A stretch of DNA of 64,000 bases, from contig OZ287070.1 in assembly GCA_965645245.1 (NCBI GenBank), positions 1,302,001-1,366,000 on the forward strand, written 5' to 3'. Shown piece after piece: positions 47,939 to 60,400 of this stretch. Position numbers and translations under genes: made by a program. The DNA comes from Massalongia carnosa. Its lineage: Eukaryota. Numbering within the stretch: the stretch's first letter is position 1; each line of letters begins with the position of its first letter. The notes under the pieces were generated by a model. The model ran no database searches. It had not been told where the DNA came from and saw only the letters and a list, made by a program, of their open reading frames with translations.

Positions 47939-48180
47939 TAGACTGCTTACAAATCAAACACCTGTCGAGGCCGTGGTAGTAGATTGCCATGGAGTAAGGC
48001 GAACTCCTATGGAGAAGCCGTGAACTCTATATAGAATCTACTGGCCTAATCAGAGGTACTCGATCTCTTGATGGATCAAGAGTTGTTGCAGGAGGCACAG
48101 CTAGCTGGACGCAGCTTGAGCTCGGCCTCCCCGGTGTAAACTTCAGCTTCAACCTTTATTGCTACGTTGGTAGTAATATC

Positions 48181-48351
48181 TGTAACGGTTCGACCAAGCG
48201 TGGTGCGGACGGCAGGACCTACAGTGAACATAACATGAGTCCTAGGTATAGTAGAATAGAGCTTGGTCTGCGGACTAAGTATTGTGCCTTGTGGTCGGGA
48301 AGAACAGGTGGCGCAATGGTAGAAATCTATTCACTATCTTGCTTCGTTACA
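48181..48351 (+). mobile_element. Solo LTR of the 171-bp TRIM family
   Basis: TGTAAC...GTTACA, TSD ATATC/ATGTC. Confidence 0.88.
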
Positions 48352-49703
48352 ATGTCGGCTGAATGAACCTACATGACCTTGTGGTCTAGATCTTGTGTCT
48401 AGAAGCAGGTCCGCAGTATAGATAGAGATTCAGTCGGAGGTAACCTTCCATCGCTACGTTGGTAGTGGTGACGGCGAAATGAAGCTACATAGCCTCGGCG
48501 TTTAGACTTTATGTTTAGAGGCAGGCTAGCAATGTAGTGAGGGATCTAGCCGGAGGTAGAATTGTTCTACCTTGCAAGGGAAGGTCTAGAAGACTGCTCG
48601 AGGCTGACTAGATAATCCAGCGAACGCCGAGTTTGTAGATGGATCCTGAGGGATGGTTAGATGTAAGGCGATAAGGTCAGAAGTGGGTTGCAAGGCTCCT
48701 AAGGTTCCAAGGCTCCCAAGGCTATAGGCTTGGGGTGAGTAGGATAAATACCAGAACGAATCCTGTAGTATTCGTTAGCAATTAGTCTTTATTCTATGAA
48801 CAACCTACGTTTGGGTCTCGGACGAGATCTCTTGGTCTAAGCACTTCCACATCTATTAGTTCTTTGGATCACGTATAGTCTCGGAGACTAGCACGTAGTA
48901 GCTATCTTCCAGCTCTCACGCTGAGCATTTCCCCTTTCGAGATCAGTGTCGCTCAAGATTAGCTTACCAGTCTCGTAGCCCATTACAGACTTTTAGCCAT
49001 GCCTTCCAAGTTTTGAATACGAGGTGGCCAACCCCAAGCAGTCATCCGCTCTATCCAATCAATCAAAGCCTGTTCTTCTTGTACATTTAGCATTTGAGGA
49101 GCTTGATGATAATGCTCTAAGGCCCGTCTGCCTTTGAGCCGGGCTTGTAAAGTCGACTGAGGAACTCCGTAATGGCGCGCTATTTCCCGCTGCGAAACGA
49201 CCGGATTTTTGGCTAATTCTTCGATAACCAACTATAATCTAGTAGAAGGGTCATGTACGGGTATATTTACAAACGTTTTATATACAAATAATAGATAAAT
49301 GAATAGTAGTAGTGGATAGGGAGGAAAATTTTTTTTTGGTTACTAGATTTGGTAGGGTGACCCGATTGGGTGGCTGACCCGAATGGGTGGCTAAGACGTT
49401 ACATGAAAACACTACTCCGTTCATATTATTTATCCTACAGACTGCAAAAGGAAGTGTGAAGGAGAGGAGTGACATTAGCTTCTGCACTAAATTCTGGTGT
49501 ATTGTCCAATTCTGTCGCTTATTTTTTTTTTACCGCGCAGTTTCAGGGTTCAAAGTTCGGAACACCATTTTGCAAACGGGTGTATAATAGAGCAATCCTC
49601 TTTTAACTGATCAATTTCTATTAAACGAAAAATTAATAGTTAATTGAAATCTTGTTAAAATAGATATATGATTAAAATTATACTATTATTGTAACGGTTC
49701 AAA

Positions 49704-50141
49704 TACGCCGCGCAACAGGTCGAGTTGGGTCGGGTTTTGACTAGTCGATCCCGACCCGCTACCGGGTTGGGGAACCTGTAGGGCTCAGCCTGCTGGGTTG
49801 GGGAACCGTTCCCGGGTTAACCCGTTTGACCCGTTCGACCCGGTCGATTTTTATGTCATATTTAAACATGTTTTTTAGACGTTTTAAACACATTTGAAAA
49901 TTGTGAAAATTCTGAAAATTATTCATCAAGAAATGATGATTAGTAAGCAAAAATTTTATCAGTTTAAACGTTATATTTTCGTCGAATTTACAAATATTAT
50001 TTGCAGAATAAACTGACCGGGTTGAATTGTTTAACCCGGAAACCCGCATAATAAACCCGAACCCGTCGGGTATGGTTCGAGGGAGTCTAACCCGGCCCGA
50101 AAACCCGACCCAAACCCGACCCAAACACGTTGCGCGGCGTA
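49704..50141. mobile_element. Intact hAT-like MITE (438 bp)
   Basis: TIR TACGCCGCGCAAC / GTTGCGCGGCGTA, 8-bp TSD GGTTCAAA/GGTTCAAC, ACCCG-rich subtermini, AT-rich core. Confidence 0.8.
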
Positions 50142-50261
50142 GGTTCAACCAGAATGTGGCATTGATTATCTATAAGGAAGCTATGTACTAGAAAATATCA
50201 AAGATACAGAAAGGAAACAAGCAAAAGGTGCCCTCTCTAGGAGTCTATATAGATAAGCCTT

Positions 50262-50410
50262 CTAACACGGAGTAAAAACGGGGTAAAATTGACGATTCAT
50301 AGATTGGTTATAAAGGGTTGCTTTATTTGTATTATAGAAACATATCATAAAATAGTTTAGTGCTATAACCTTAGGTTGAATACACTTAATAAATAAATAA
50401 ACTTAAAAAA
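50262..50410 (+). mobile_element. Severely 5'-truncated Tad1-like LINE (3' UTR only)
   Basis: Reverse complement of the LINE 3' UTRs, TAAA/A tail, 13-bp TSD ATAGATAAGCCTT. Confidence 0.85.
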
Positions 50411-50603
50411 ATAGATAAGCCTTTGGCCTAATCCAGCTGCTTGTATCTTCATCAATAAGTCAATAATTTTTTCAAACAGTCTTTCTGCCGTTTGTCCGTT
50501 TAATCTATTTACAGTCCCGTGTCAAAAGTTTCCGACTCTACCCACGATTTTCGTGATTTCGCGTTCTAACCTACCAACACATCAAATTTGACCTCATCAT
50601 TGC

Positions 50604-53600
50604 TTTTTTTTTTTTTTTTTTTTTTTAATTCATTAAGTGTATTCAACCTAAGGTTATGAAACTAAACTATTTTAAGATATGGTTTTATTTTACAAATAAA
50701 TAAACCCTTTATAACCCAACTATGTATCGTCAATATTGCCCCGTTTTTACTCCGTGTTAGTAACAACCTTTAGTAATCGAAATATCGATTTTACAATTTG
50801 TTTTTGTAAAGATCGAAAATATTCCAGCATAAATCATTTCTAATTTTACTGTTCGATCTCTTCCCAACCTCCTGTTTCGATATTTTCGTCATCGAGCTGA
50901 CCTAGCATCCATTTTCTAGTCGCGATTTTGTTATCAACAATAAATTTAATCAAAATATTATTTCCGATCCTAGTATTAAACAACATTTTTAAAGTAATTG
51001 TGGTATCGATATTTTGTTTCATGTTTAGGATTTCATTTGAATAATGTATGCAATTCATCAATAAGTGTTCTGGCGTTTGACGTTCGTTGCAGCGCCCTGT
51101 GCATTTTGACGAATTATAATCTTTCAATCGGTGCAGATATGATCAAAAATAACCGTGTCCGAATTTTATTTGCATAATAGTCGCAAATATTAATTTCGAA
51201 CAATTATTCGACAGATAATAAAAACTCGATTTGCCCGGCTGCATTTCGAATTTCTCATAGTATTTGCCTTTTGACTTGCATTGTTGCCATTGATTCGCCC
51301 ATGTGGCTAACATATTTCGATTTATTTGACCCTTCACATAATCAAATGTTATTATCGAAGACTCGACTAGGATTCGACTATGTCCCGCTTTTGCTGCTTT
51401 ATCTGCAATTTCATTTTCGACGATTTTCGAATGACTAGGAATCCATTGTAGAACCACCTGATAATTATTTCCGAATAAGCATTTCGAGAATTTTCGAATT
51501 TGTTTTGCGTAAGTATGATTTGTCATGTTCTGAATTTCGTTTATCGCGTTTATGCTATCGGAAAAAATCCAAATCCTTTTTTCTAAATTGAAGAGAATAT
51601 TCGCAATTGTCAATTTGTATGCCCATTTTATTGCTTGTAGTATCGCATACAGTTCAGCGTTTTTAACGCTTGACTGTTTGTTTAATTTCCAGCTTTTCGA
51701 AATCGTATGATGTTTGAGGAGACAATCTTTTTCGATAAAACGATTGAAGTTATCGGTGAAATTGTTCCAATTTCGCATAATTGGTGCAAATGTGACAGCG
51801 GAAGTTGAAAACTCGGTTTTTGATCCATCGGTATAGAGTAAGATTCGCGACTTATCGGCGTTTATTGATTGAATTTTTGATAAAGTCGAATAATAACTTG
51901 ACTTTGCTGTTTCTTTGGATCTTTCGATTTGGAACTTGATTTTACAAGACGGCTTCCATGGTTTGATGAAATTATTTACTGATTCGAATTCATCAGTTTT
52001 GTGAACTATATCCGAAACGGAATAAAGAATACGGATAAGCTGACTAGGATGAGGTTTACTCGATTTTTTCTCGTCTTGGTTCCATTCAGCATATCTGTTG
52101 TTCTATAAACTAGTGTCAAAACCAATGTTTTCGAATTTCACAGAATAGGTACTGTGAATTCTTTGACAAATAGTATTATTTTCGGCAATCTTCAATAATC
52201 GAATTATGTATTTTTGATTTTTAATCAACAATCGTAGCTTGGCTGGTAAAATATGCGATTCAATTTCCATCGCCTGAACAGGCGTGGTTTTGAATGTGCC
52301 TAAAATCTTTCGAATCATTCGATTTTGCAGATTCTGAAATAGCTTTTCATATTTCTTTTGACCGTTATACCAGATTTCTGAGCCATAGTCCGAAATAGGA
52401 ATAATGCAAAACAGATAGAGCTGTCTGCAGGCAGTTGGCTTTAGTCCCCATTCAGACTTTATCAAATTTTGAATTGCGAAAATCGATCGATTTGCAGAAG
52501 CAATTCGCGTTTCGACGTGTTTTTTGTAATTTAGTTTTCGGTCTAACCAGACTCCTAACCATTTGACAGAATTTTTCGGTTCTAGTATTGTCCCGTTTGG
52601 TAATTGCACTTTGTCTTTTGATGCATTTCTTGACTTTTCGAAGTGAATCAACTCAGATTTGTCGTCATCAAATTTGACATTATTCGATGCGGCCCAATCA
52701 AAAGCTGTTTTGACGATAATTTCGATTTCTTTGCAATTCTGTTTGGCAGTTTTATTTTCGACATATATTGCAACATCGTCTATAAAGCTAGGTGAATGAG
52801 CATTGAATTTCACTCGTATTTTCGGAAATAAGTAACGAATATAAATCAGAAATAGAATTGGCGAAATAGGTGAACCTTGTGGAATTCCAGATTCGATATA
52901 GTACGTTTTGCTTTTGTGTTCATCGAATATCAAATTGATCAATCGTTTTGTCATAAAATGCTTGACCCATTGAATAACTATGCGAGATAAATGCAGCTTT
53001 TTCATGACATTTAGCAATTGATTAATCGAAACAAAGTCAAATGCTCCTTTGACATCGAGTAATAGACATGATAAAACGTTTTTGTTTCGGTTTGCGATTT
53101 CAATATCATAAACGACGTTCATTACCGCATCGATTGCAGAATGATTTTTCCGTCCGCCCATTTGTTCGGTATCTAACAAGCTCGAATTTTCGCCGAGGTA
53201 GGCTAGTCGATTAGCAACTATTTTCTCCGCAATTTTACCAAGACAATTCAGTAAGGTAATAATTCGATATGATTTTGGCAGCGAGTAGTCTGGTTTATTA
53301 GGTTTTTTTAAAACAGCTTCGATTCCTGTTCGCCAACATAACGGGTGATAACCGATTTGTATAAATTTAGAATAAATAGTAAAAAACACGTTTTTCAATG
53401 GTTGAAACGATTTTTGAATTATTGTAAAATTGATTGCATCAGGTCCACATGATTTCTTTGGATTAAACAAACTAATCGCATTTTGCAATTCATTTTCGGT
53501 TAAATTCGGCCAATTGTTGTCATTTTCGCTGTCTTGATTCGTTAAATCTTCAATATTATCATCCGTGAACGGGTTTTTTGTGTACATTGCTGACACAAAC

Positions 53601-56600
53601 GCATCGCATTTGTGATCGAATTGAACATTTAACTTATTTTCATATTGAATAGGTGGTATTTTTTCGAACATGCGCGGTTTACTGTATTTATAAGCTGTAA
53701 ATACGTCTTTATTCGCTGCGTTTTCGAGGAAAGCCAACCAAGTTTGCTGTTTCGCTTTTCGAATTGCATGAAAGTACTCGATTCGACTATGCCTAAATGT
53801 TTGATGACTAAAATAGGACGGATTATTCTTCCATTCTCGACGATGTCTACACATGATTTTTCGAAGTCCGGATAAATCTTGCGACCACCAATTTTTCGAT
53901 TTTGCGCATATTTTTGTCTTCGGAATAAACATTTCAGCCGCGTTTTTGATAACGTTTTGCAAATATAACGCTGATTCATCAAATTGATAATTGTTCAATA
54001 GACTTTGTATTTGGGACTCGTAGTTTATTGCATTTTCGTCTAGAAACTTCGCGAATTTATCCCAATCGGCTTTATTGCAGTTGTATTTATTCGATAATGC
54101 GGTTGCGTGTGACGTCAAGTTCTTGAAAGACGCGATAAGTTCAAATCGAATAACTTCATGATCTGAACCCGTGACTGCGTTTTCATCGATTGACCAATTT
54201 GCAATTGCGTTTTCGATTTTAGAATTTGCAAATGTTAAATCAATAATAGATGAAGAGTTTCCTGAATGAGCAAAAAATGTATATAGATCAGGCGTATTTA
54301 TCAAACTATATTTGTTTAATTTTAACCATTTGACTAGATTTTCTGATCGAATTACATTTTGAATCTTCGAATTCCACCAGCTATGATGTGCATTGAAATC
54401 TCCACATATGACAAATTGATCAGTTGATATAGGTTGATATTTAACTAAAAGTCGATCGATTGTATATGTTTCTCGATCGTTTAGACTTTTTTCATTGTAA
54501 AGGTTAAAGATCTGCACTTTTCGAACTTCATCAATTGTAATTTCCATAATTTGCAGATCAGTATCGTTTATAAGATCCGTTCTAGGCGTGCATTGTAATT
54601 TTGGATTGCATTTTGTAACGAATATAGTTACTCTCGGCCGATAAGTCGCTATTTTCGGCATAATACATGTGAATGACGGATGGGAAATTGTTTTTTGATC
54701 TCGCGTCCATGGTTCCTGAAATAAAACAATATCAACACGATTTAATACTGCATATTCCAGACACGAAATCATTGCATTCGTTGACTTTGCACAATTATGT
54801 TGAATAAATTTGACATTTTGTGTATTTTCGATATTTGTCAACGAATGTTGTCCCGCAATTAACCAAGCATTAATTCATCATTCGATTTTCTAGGATTTAG
54901 CGAGATAAACATTTCGCAACCTATATCGTTCGATTGATGATTTTTGTTGCAATTGACGCATTTCAGAATTGCATGTGCGCATGCGATTTTAGACTTGCAT
55001 GTTGTGCATTCATGATTATGCGTTTCTTGACTTTGTGCGCATATATTGCATTTTGCCGGACTTTTGCATTGATAATGCTTATGTCCAAATTTCTGACAAT
55101 TAATACATTGCGTGTTTGGACGAACGGAAGCAAATATTTCCGTGTCACAATGTCTACCCGCGATATTCACGCCTCTTAACGCGTTTGACGCTTGATTTTG
55201 ATTATTGAAAGTCAAAACTACCGACGACGTGACTTTTTTTGACGATCCCGAGCAAGCCATCTTGGTAAATCGCATAGTTGCATATTCGAATTGTATTTTT
55301 CGATTTCGGTTTGCAAATATTGCATGTTATTATCGAATAACGAGATATTTACTCCGTGTGCTATGACTTTAAACCAGGATTCGTCTTTTCGAATTCTTTG
55401 TGATTCGAAAATGTGTTCCCATGAAGATTTATTTTTCAACAATTCTTCGGCATTGTTGTCAGGGCTAGTGGTGAGAACGATATTCTGACCGGTTTTGGAC
55501 TTTTCAACAGTATTGACGGTGATGTTTAAATTTGCGTTTTTTAATAGCGCGTTAATTTGATCACGCAACTTCATAGAGTCGATTTGAGCGTCAGGATTTT
55601 TCGGTGAAATCACGAGTCGTCTGGCCTTGATTGCATCAAATCGATCAACTTTGTTCGAATTATGATTCGAACTTTTCCTTTGAATAGTAGTCCAATTTTC
55701 GGAGTTTTCGGTTGCTTTTCCAAGCATTTGACTCCATGTACCGGTTGTGCTAACATTGTTACCAGAGACCCCGGTGGCTCCTTTGCGAATGGTCTGATTT
55801 TCGATAATTGAATTTTCATTCAATTTAACAACAGGTTTTTGGATTTTTGGACCATTCTGTAGTGGAGTCGTTTGTTGTTGTGACGTTTTTGAGGAAAGAT
55901 GACTAGTTTGATCAAGTACTATGCCCATTTTATAGTTAATCATATCTAAGGATGTTTGTAAATTGATTGATTTTTTCGAAATCAACGAATTAACGTTGTC
56001 AATTACGATAGCCGTTTGTGGATTTTGGTCCAGTACAAATGATTGCAATAATGCTTTTTTGGCCGACTTTAGAAGCTCAATTGAATTTGCCCGATTGATC
56101 GCTTCTTGGCTATCTCTCGAATGTTCGTCAAATGTGCGTCTTTTATTTCGTTTGATTGGTGGGCTTGATCCAATGTTTAAGTTCAATGAAGGCATCGGTA
56201 AGGTAGTGGAAATGGACCCGATTGGAATTTCGTTGCCTTTGGTGTCGGTGTTGACGGGGCTGATGCATATTCGCGAGTTTGATCCATAGGTTCAAGACGG
56301 GGAGAGCTCCCTATCAACGCCACCGGAGATGGTCCGGGGGAGTGTCGGGGGGGGTCCGGGTAAGGGGTCGATAGGGGGGCGGGACCGGCTGGGGGTGGTG
56401 TCCTTGGTATATTCCGGCGGTTCATTACCGCGTTAAACATGATTTTATAAATAAATCGATGTTGCCTTTGCTATATCCCCTTTATCGCCACCAAATAGTT
56501 TATTCTGACGTTCCCCGGACGTAATAGTCAGAATAGAGAGTTTTTACGCCGATTTACTGGTCTAAAGACTCTTGCTTTCCAAACCCTATTTATTTGACAA

Positions 56601-57440
56601 TAACAAGTCAAATAAATCCTAGTCGAGTTAAAGTAGACCGTTCCTCGCTTAGGCAATAGATCTTATTTAACTCTTTACCTTGACACTACGATATTTGGAA
56701 TATAATAAGAATTTTACGATCGAACAGAAATTTTTTTTTTTAAAAAATGTTTTTGATCCAGAAATAAAAATCAAGTACGAGAGAGTAGGAGACTTCCTAT
56801 TCTGGTTAGCCTGAAACAGGACCTTTGGTTTAACCCTATTTCAGACGTTTTTCCACTTCGTTTCAGCAGATTGTTGGTCGGCAGTTCAACGAAAATCGAA
56901 AAAACCCGAAATAGAATAGTGTATACGGTACCGGTAACCTTAAATTTCAAATGAACCCCAAGAAGTTTTGTTGTCTCGAGAACAGGTTGTACAGTAATTT
57001 TTGTGATAATAGATGAGATCTATGCGACAATTAAACTGAAGAAATTTCGAAAATCGAGCGATATTTGACGTTGTTGTTGGTGATTTTGTGTTTTGTAGAT
57101 TTTTTGGACGCGCTTTTTGGTGAAGGGGCTGACAGACCGCGAGGAAAACTCTGCAGGAGCAGTGGAAGAGCTCTCCTGTACCCAATTCTGATGGGTTTTA
57201 GCTTCTGGTAGGCTCAAATGAATGAGAAGAATGAGGAGAATAAGTTGGGAAAGTTTCAGTATATCAAAATATAGGGTACCGATGTTTTGGGGGTTGGCTT
57301 TTTTATATGTTTCCCACGACAATCAAGCAGTACGCGCGCGCACGAGAGAGAGAGAGCAAGCAAAATAAGTAGACCTTGAGAGAGGAGGAATAGAGATTAG
57401 CAAGGAGGTTAGGAGGTTGGGGGTTAGGGAGATGGACAGT
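50604..57440 (-). mobile_element. Near full-length Tad1-like LINE copy 1 (ORF1 ~54859-56440; ORF2 50846-54860, APE-RT-RNase H-CCHC) with a few disabling mutations
   Basis: ORF1 CCHC knuckles; ORF2 IQHNC, FQEP, GDFNAH, GSDH, PQGSPISP, FIDD, YTDGS, WIPSH; poly(A) at 50604-50626; stops at 52103 and 51143. 5' boundary uncertain and no TSD found. Confidence 0.9.
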
Positions 57441-60400
57441 CCTTTTATCGCGTTTATGCTATCGGAAAAAATCCAAATCGTTTTTTCTAAATTGTAGAGA
57501 ATATTCGCAATTGTCAATTTGTATGCCCATTTTATTGCTTGTAGTATCGCATACAGTTCAGCGTTTTTAACGCTTGACTGTTTTTTAATTTCCAGCTTTT
57601 CGAATTTGTATGATATTTGTGAGGAGACAATATTTTTCGATAAAACGATTGAAGTTATCTGTGAAATTGTTACAATTTCGCATAATTGGTGCAAATGTGA
57701 AAGCGGATGTTGAAAACTCGGTTTTTGATCCATCGGTATAGAGTAACACTCGCGATTTATCGGCGTTTATAGATTGAACTTTTTATAAAGTCGAATAATA
57801 ACTTGACTTTGCTGTTTCTTTTGATCTTTCGATTTGGAACTTGATTTTACAAGACGGCTTCCATGGTTTGATGAAATTATTTACTGATTCGAATTCATCA
57901 GTTTTATAAACTATATCCGAAACGGAATAAAGAATACGGATAAGCTGACTAGGATGAGGTTTACTCGATTTTTTCTCGTCTTGGTTCCATTCAGCATATC
58001 TGTTGTTCCATAAACTAGTTTCACAACCGATGTTTTCGAATTTCACCGAATAGGTACTGGGAATTCTTTGACAAATAGGATTATTTTCAGCAATCTTCAA
58101 TAATCGAATTGCGTATTTTTGATTTTTCATCAACAATCGTAGCTTGGCTGGTAAAATATGCGATTCAATTTCCATCGCCTGAACAGGCGTGGTTTTAAAT
58201 GTGCCTGAAATCTTTCAAATCATTCGATTTTGCAAATTCTGAAATAGCTTTTCATATTTCTTTTGACCATTATACTAGATTTCTGAGCCATAGTCCGAAA
58301 TAGGAATAATGCATGACAAATAGAGCTGTCTGCATGCAGTTGGCTTTAGTCCCCATTCAGACTTCATCAAATTTTGAATTGCGAAAAACGATCGATTTGC
58401 AGAAGAGATTCGCGTTTCGACGTGTTTTTTGTAATTTATTTTTCGGTCTAACCAGACTCCTAACCATTTGACAGAATTTTTCGGTTCTAGTATTATCGCG
58501 TTTGGTAATTGCATTTTGTCTTTTGATGCATTTCTTGACTTTTCGAAGCGAATCAACTCAGATTTTCATCTAATTTGACATTATTCGTTGCGGCCCAATC
58601 AAAAGCTGTTTTGACGATAAGTTCGATTTCTTTGCAATTCTGTTTGGCAGTTTTATTTTCGACATATATTGCAACATCGTCTATAAAGCTAGGTGAATGA
58701 GCATTGAATTTTATTCGTATTTTCGGAAATAAGTAACGAATAAAAATCAGAAATAGAATTGGCGAAATGGGTGAACCTTGTGGAATTCCAGATTCGATAT
58801 AATATGTTTTGCTTTTGTGATCATCGAATATCAAATTGATCGATCGATTTGTCATAAAATGCTTGACCCATTGAATAACTATGCGAGATAAATGCAGCTT
58901 TTTCATGACATTTAGAAATGATTAATCGAAACAAAGTCAAATGCTCCTTTGATATCGAGTAATAGACATGATAAAACGTTTTTGTTTCGGTTTGCGATTC
59001 CGATATCATGAACGACGTTCATTACCGCATCGATTGCAGAATGGTTTTTGCGTCCGCCCATTTGTTCGGTATCTAACAAGCTCGAAATTTTCGCCGAGGT
59101 AGGCTAGTCGATTAGCAACTAGTTTCTCCGCAATTTTACCAAGACAATTCAGTAAGGTAATAATTCGATATGATTTTGGCAGCGAGTGGTTTGGTTTTTT
59201 AGGTTTTTTTAAAACTGCACCGAGTCCTGTTCGCCAGCATAACGGGTGATAACCGATTTGTATAAATTTAGAATAAATAGTAAAAAACACGTTTTTCAAT
59301 TGTTGAAACGATTTTTGAACTATTGTGAAATTGATTGCATCAAATCCACATGATTTCTTAAGATTAAAAAAACTAATCGCATTTTGCAATTAATTTTCGG
59401 TTAAATTCGGCCAATGTTGTCATTTTCGCTCTCTTGATTCGTTAAATCTTCAATACTATCGTCCGTGAACTGCTTTTTTGTGTATATTGCTGATACAAAC
59501 CCATCGCATTTGTGATCGAATTGAACATTTAACTTGTTTTCATATTGAATAGGTGGTATTTTTTCGAACATGCGCGGTTTACTGTATTTATAAGCTGTAA
59601 ATACGTCTTTATTCGCTGCGTTTTCGAGGAAAGCCAACCAAGTTTGCTGTTTCGCTTTTCGAATTGCATGAAAGTACTCGATTCCACTATGTCTAAATGT
59701 TTGATGACTAAAATAGGACGGATTATTCTTCCATTCTCGACGATGTCTACACATGATTTTTCGAAGTCCGGTTAAATCTTGCGACCACCAATTTTTCGAT
59801 TTTGCGCATGTTTTTGTCTCCGGAATAAACATTGCAGCCGCGTTTTTGATAACGTTTTGCAAACATAACGCTGATTCGTCAAATTGATAATTGTTCAATA
59901 GACTTTGTATTTGGGACTCGTAGTTTAGTGCATTTTCGTCTAGAAACTTCGCGAATTTATCCCAATCGGCTTTATTGCATTTGTATTTATTCGATAATGC
60001 GGTTGCGTGTGACGTCAAGAGTTTGAAAGACGCGATAAGTTCAAATCGAAGAACTTCATGATCTGAACCCGTGACTGCGTTTTCATCGATTGCCCAATTT
60101 GTAACTGTATTTTCGATTTTAGAATTCGCCAATGTTATATCAATTATAGACGAAGAGTTTCCTGAACGAGCAAAAAAAATATATAGATCAGGCGTATTTC
60201 TCAAACTACTTTTGTTTAATTTTAACAATTTGACTAGATTTTCTGATCTTTTTTTTATTTTTTATTTATTCATTAAGTGTATTCAACCTAAGGTTATGAC
60301 ACTAAACTATTTTAGGATATGTTTCTATATTACAAATAAATCAACCCTTTATAACCCATCTATGTATTGTCAATTTTTCCCCATTTTTACTCCGTGTTAG

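Larger units (their letters stand above)
46104..48987. mobile_element. ~1-kb LTR copy 3, a true solo LTR in the pogo transposase, hosting the Tc1 element and a TRIM LTR
   Basis: TGTAATGCGG...CCATTACA, TSD GACTT. Confidence 0.88.
25527..49399 (-). mobile_element. pogo/Fot1-like DNA transposon expanded by nested insertions
   Basis: TIR ACATCTTAGCCACCCACTCGGGTCAGCCACCC at 25527 is the near reverse complement of ...GGGTGGCTGACCCGAATGGGTGGCTAAGACGT at 49399; TA on both sides. Transposase pieces at 48988-49231 and 45308-46103 (IDEKGF, VDGYESH, PHSTHLLQPLDIG). Confidence 0.85.

Noticed and set aside
55225..55240. Programmed frameshift in LINE ORF1 at the A7 run
   Set aside because: A single-base loss in a homopolymer (mutation or sequencing error) explains it more simply.
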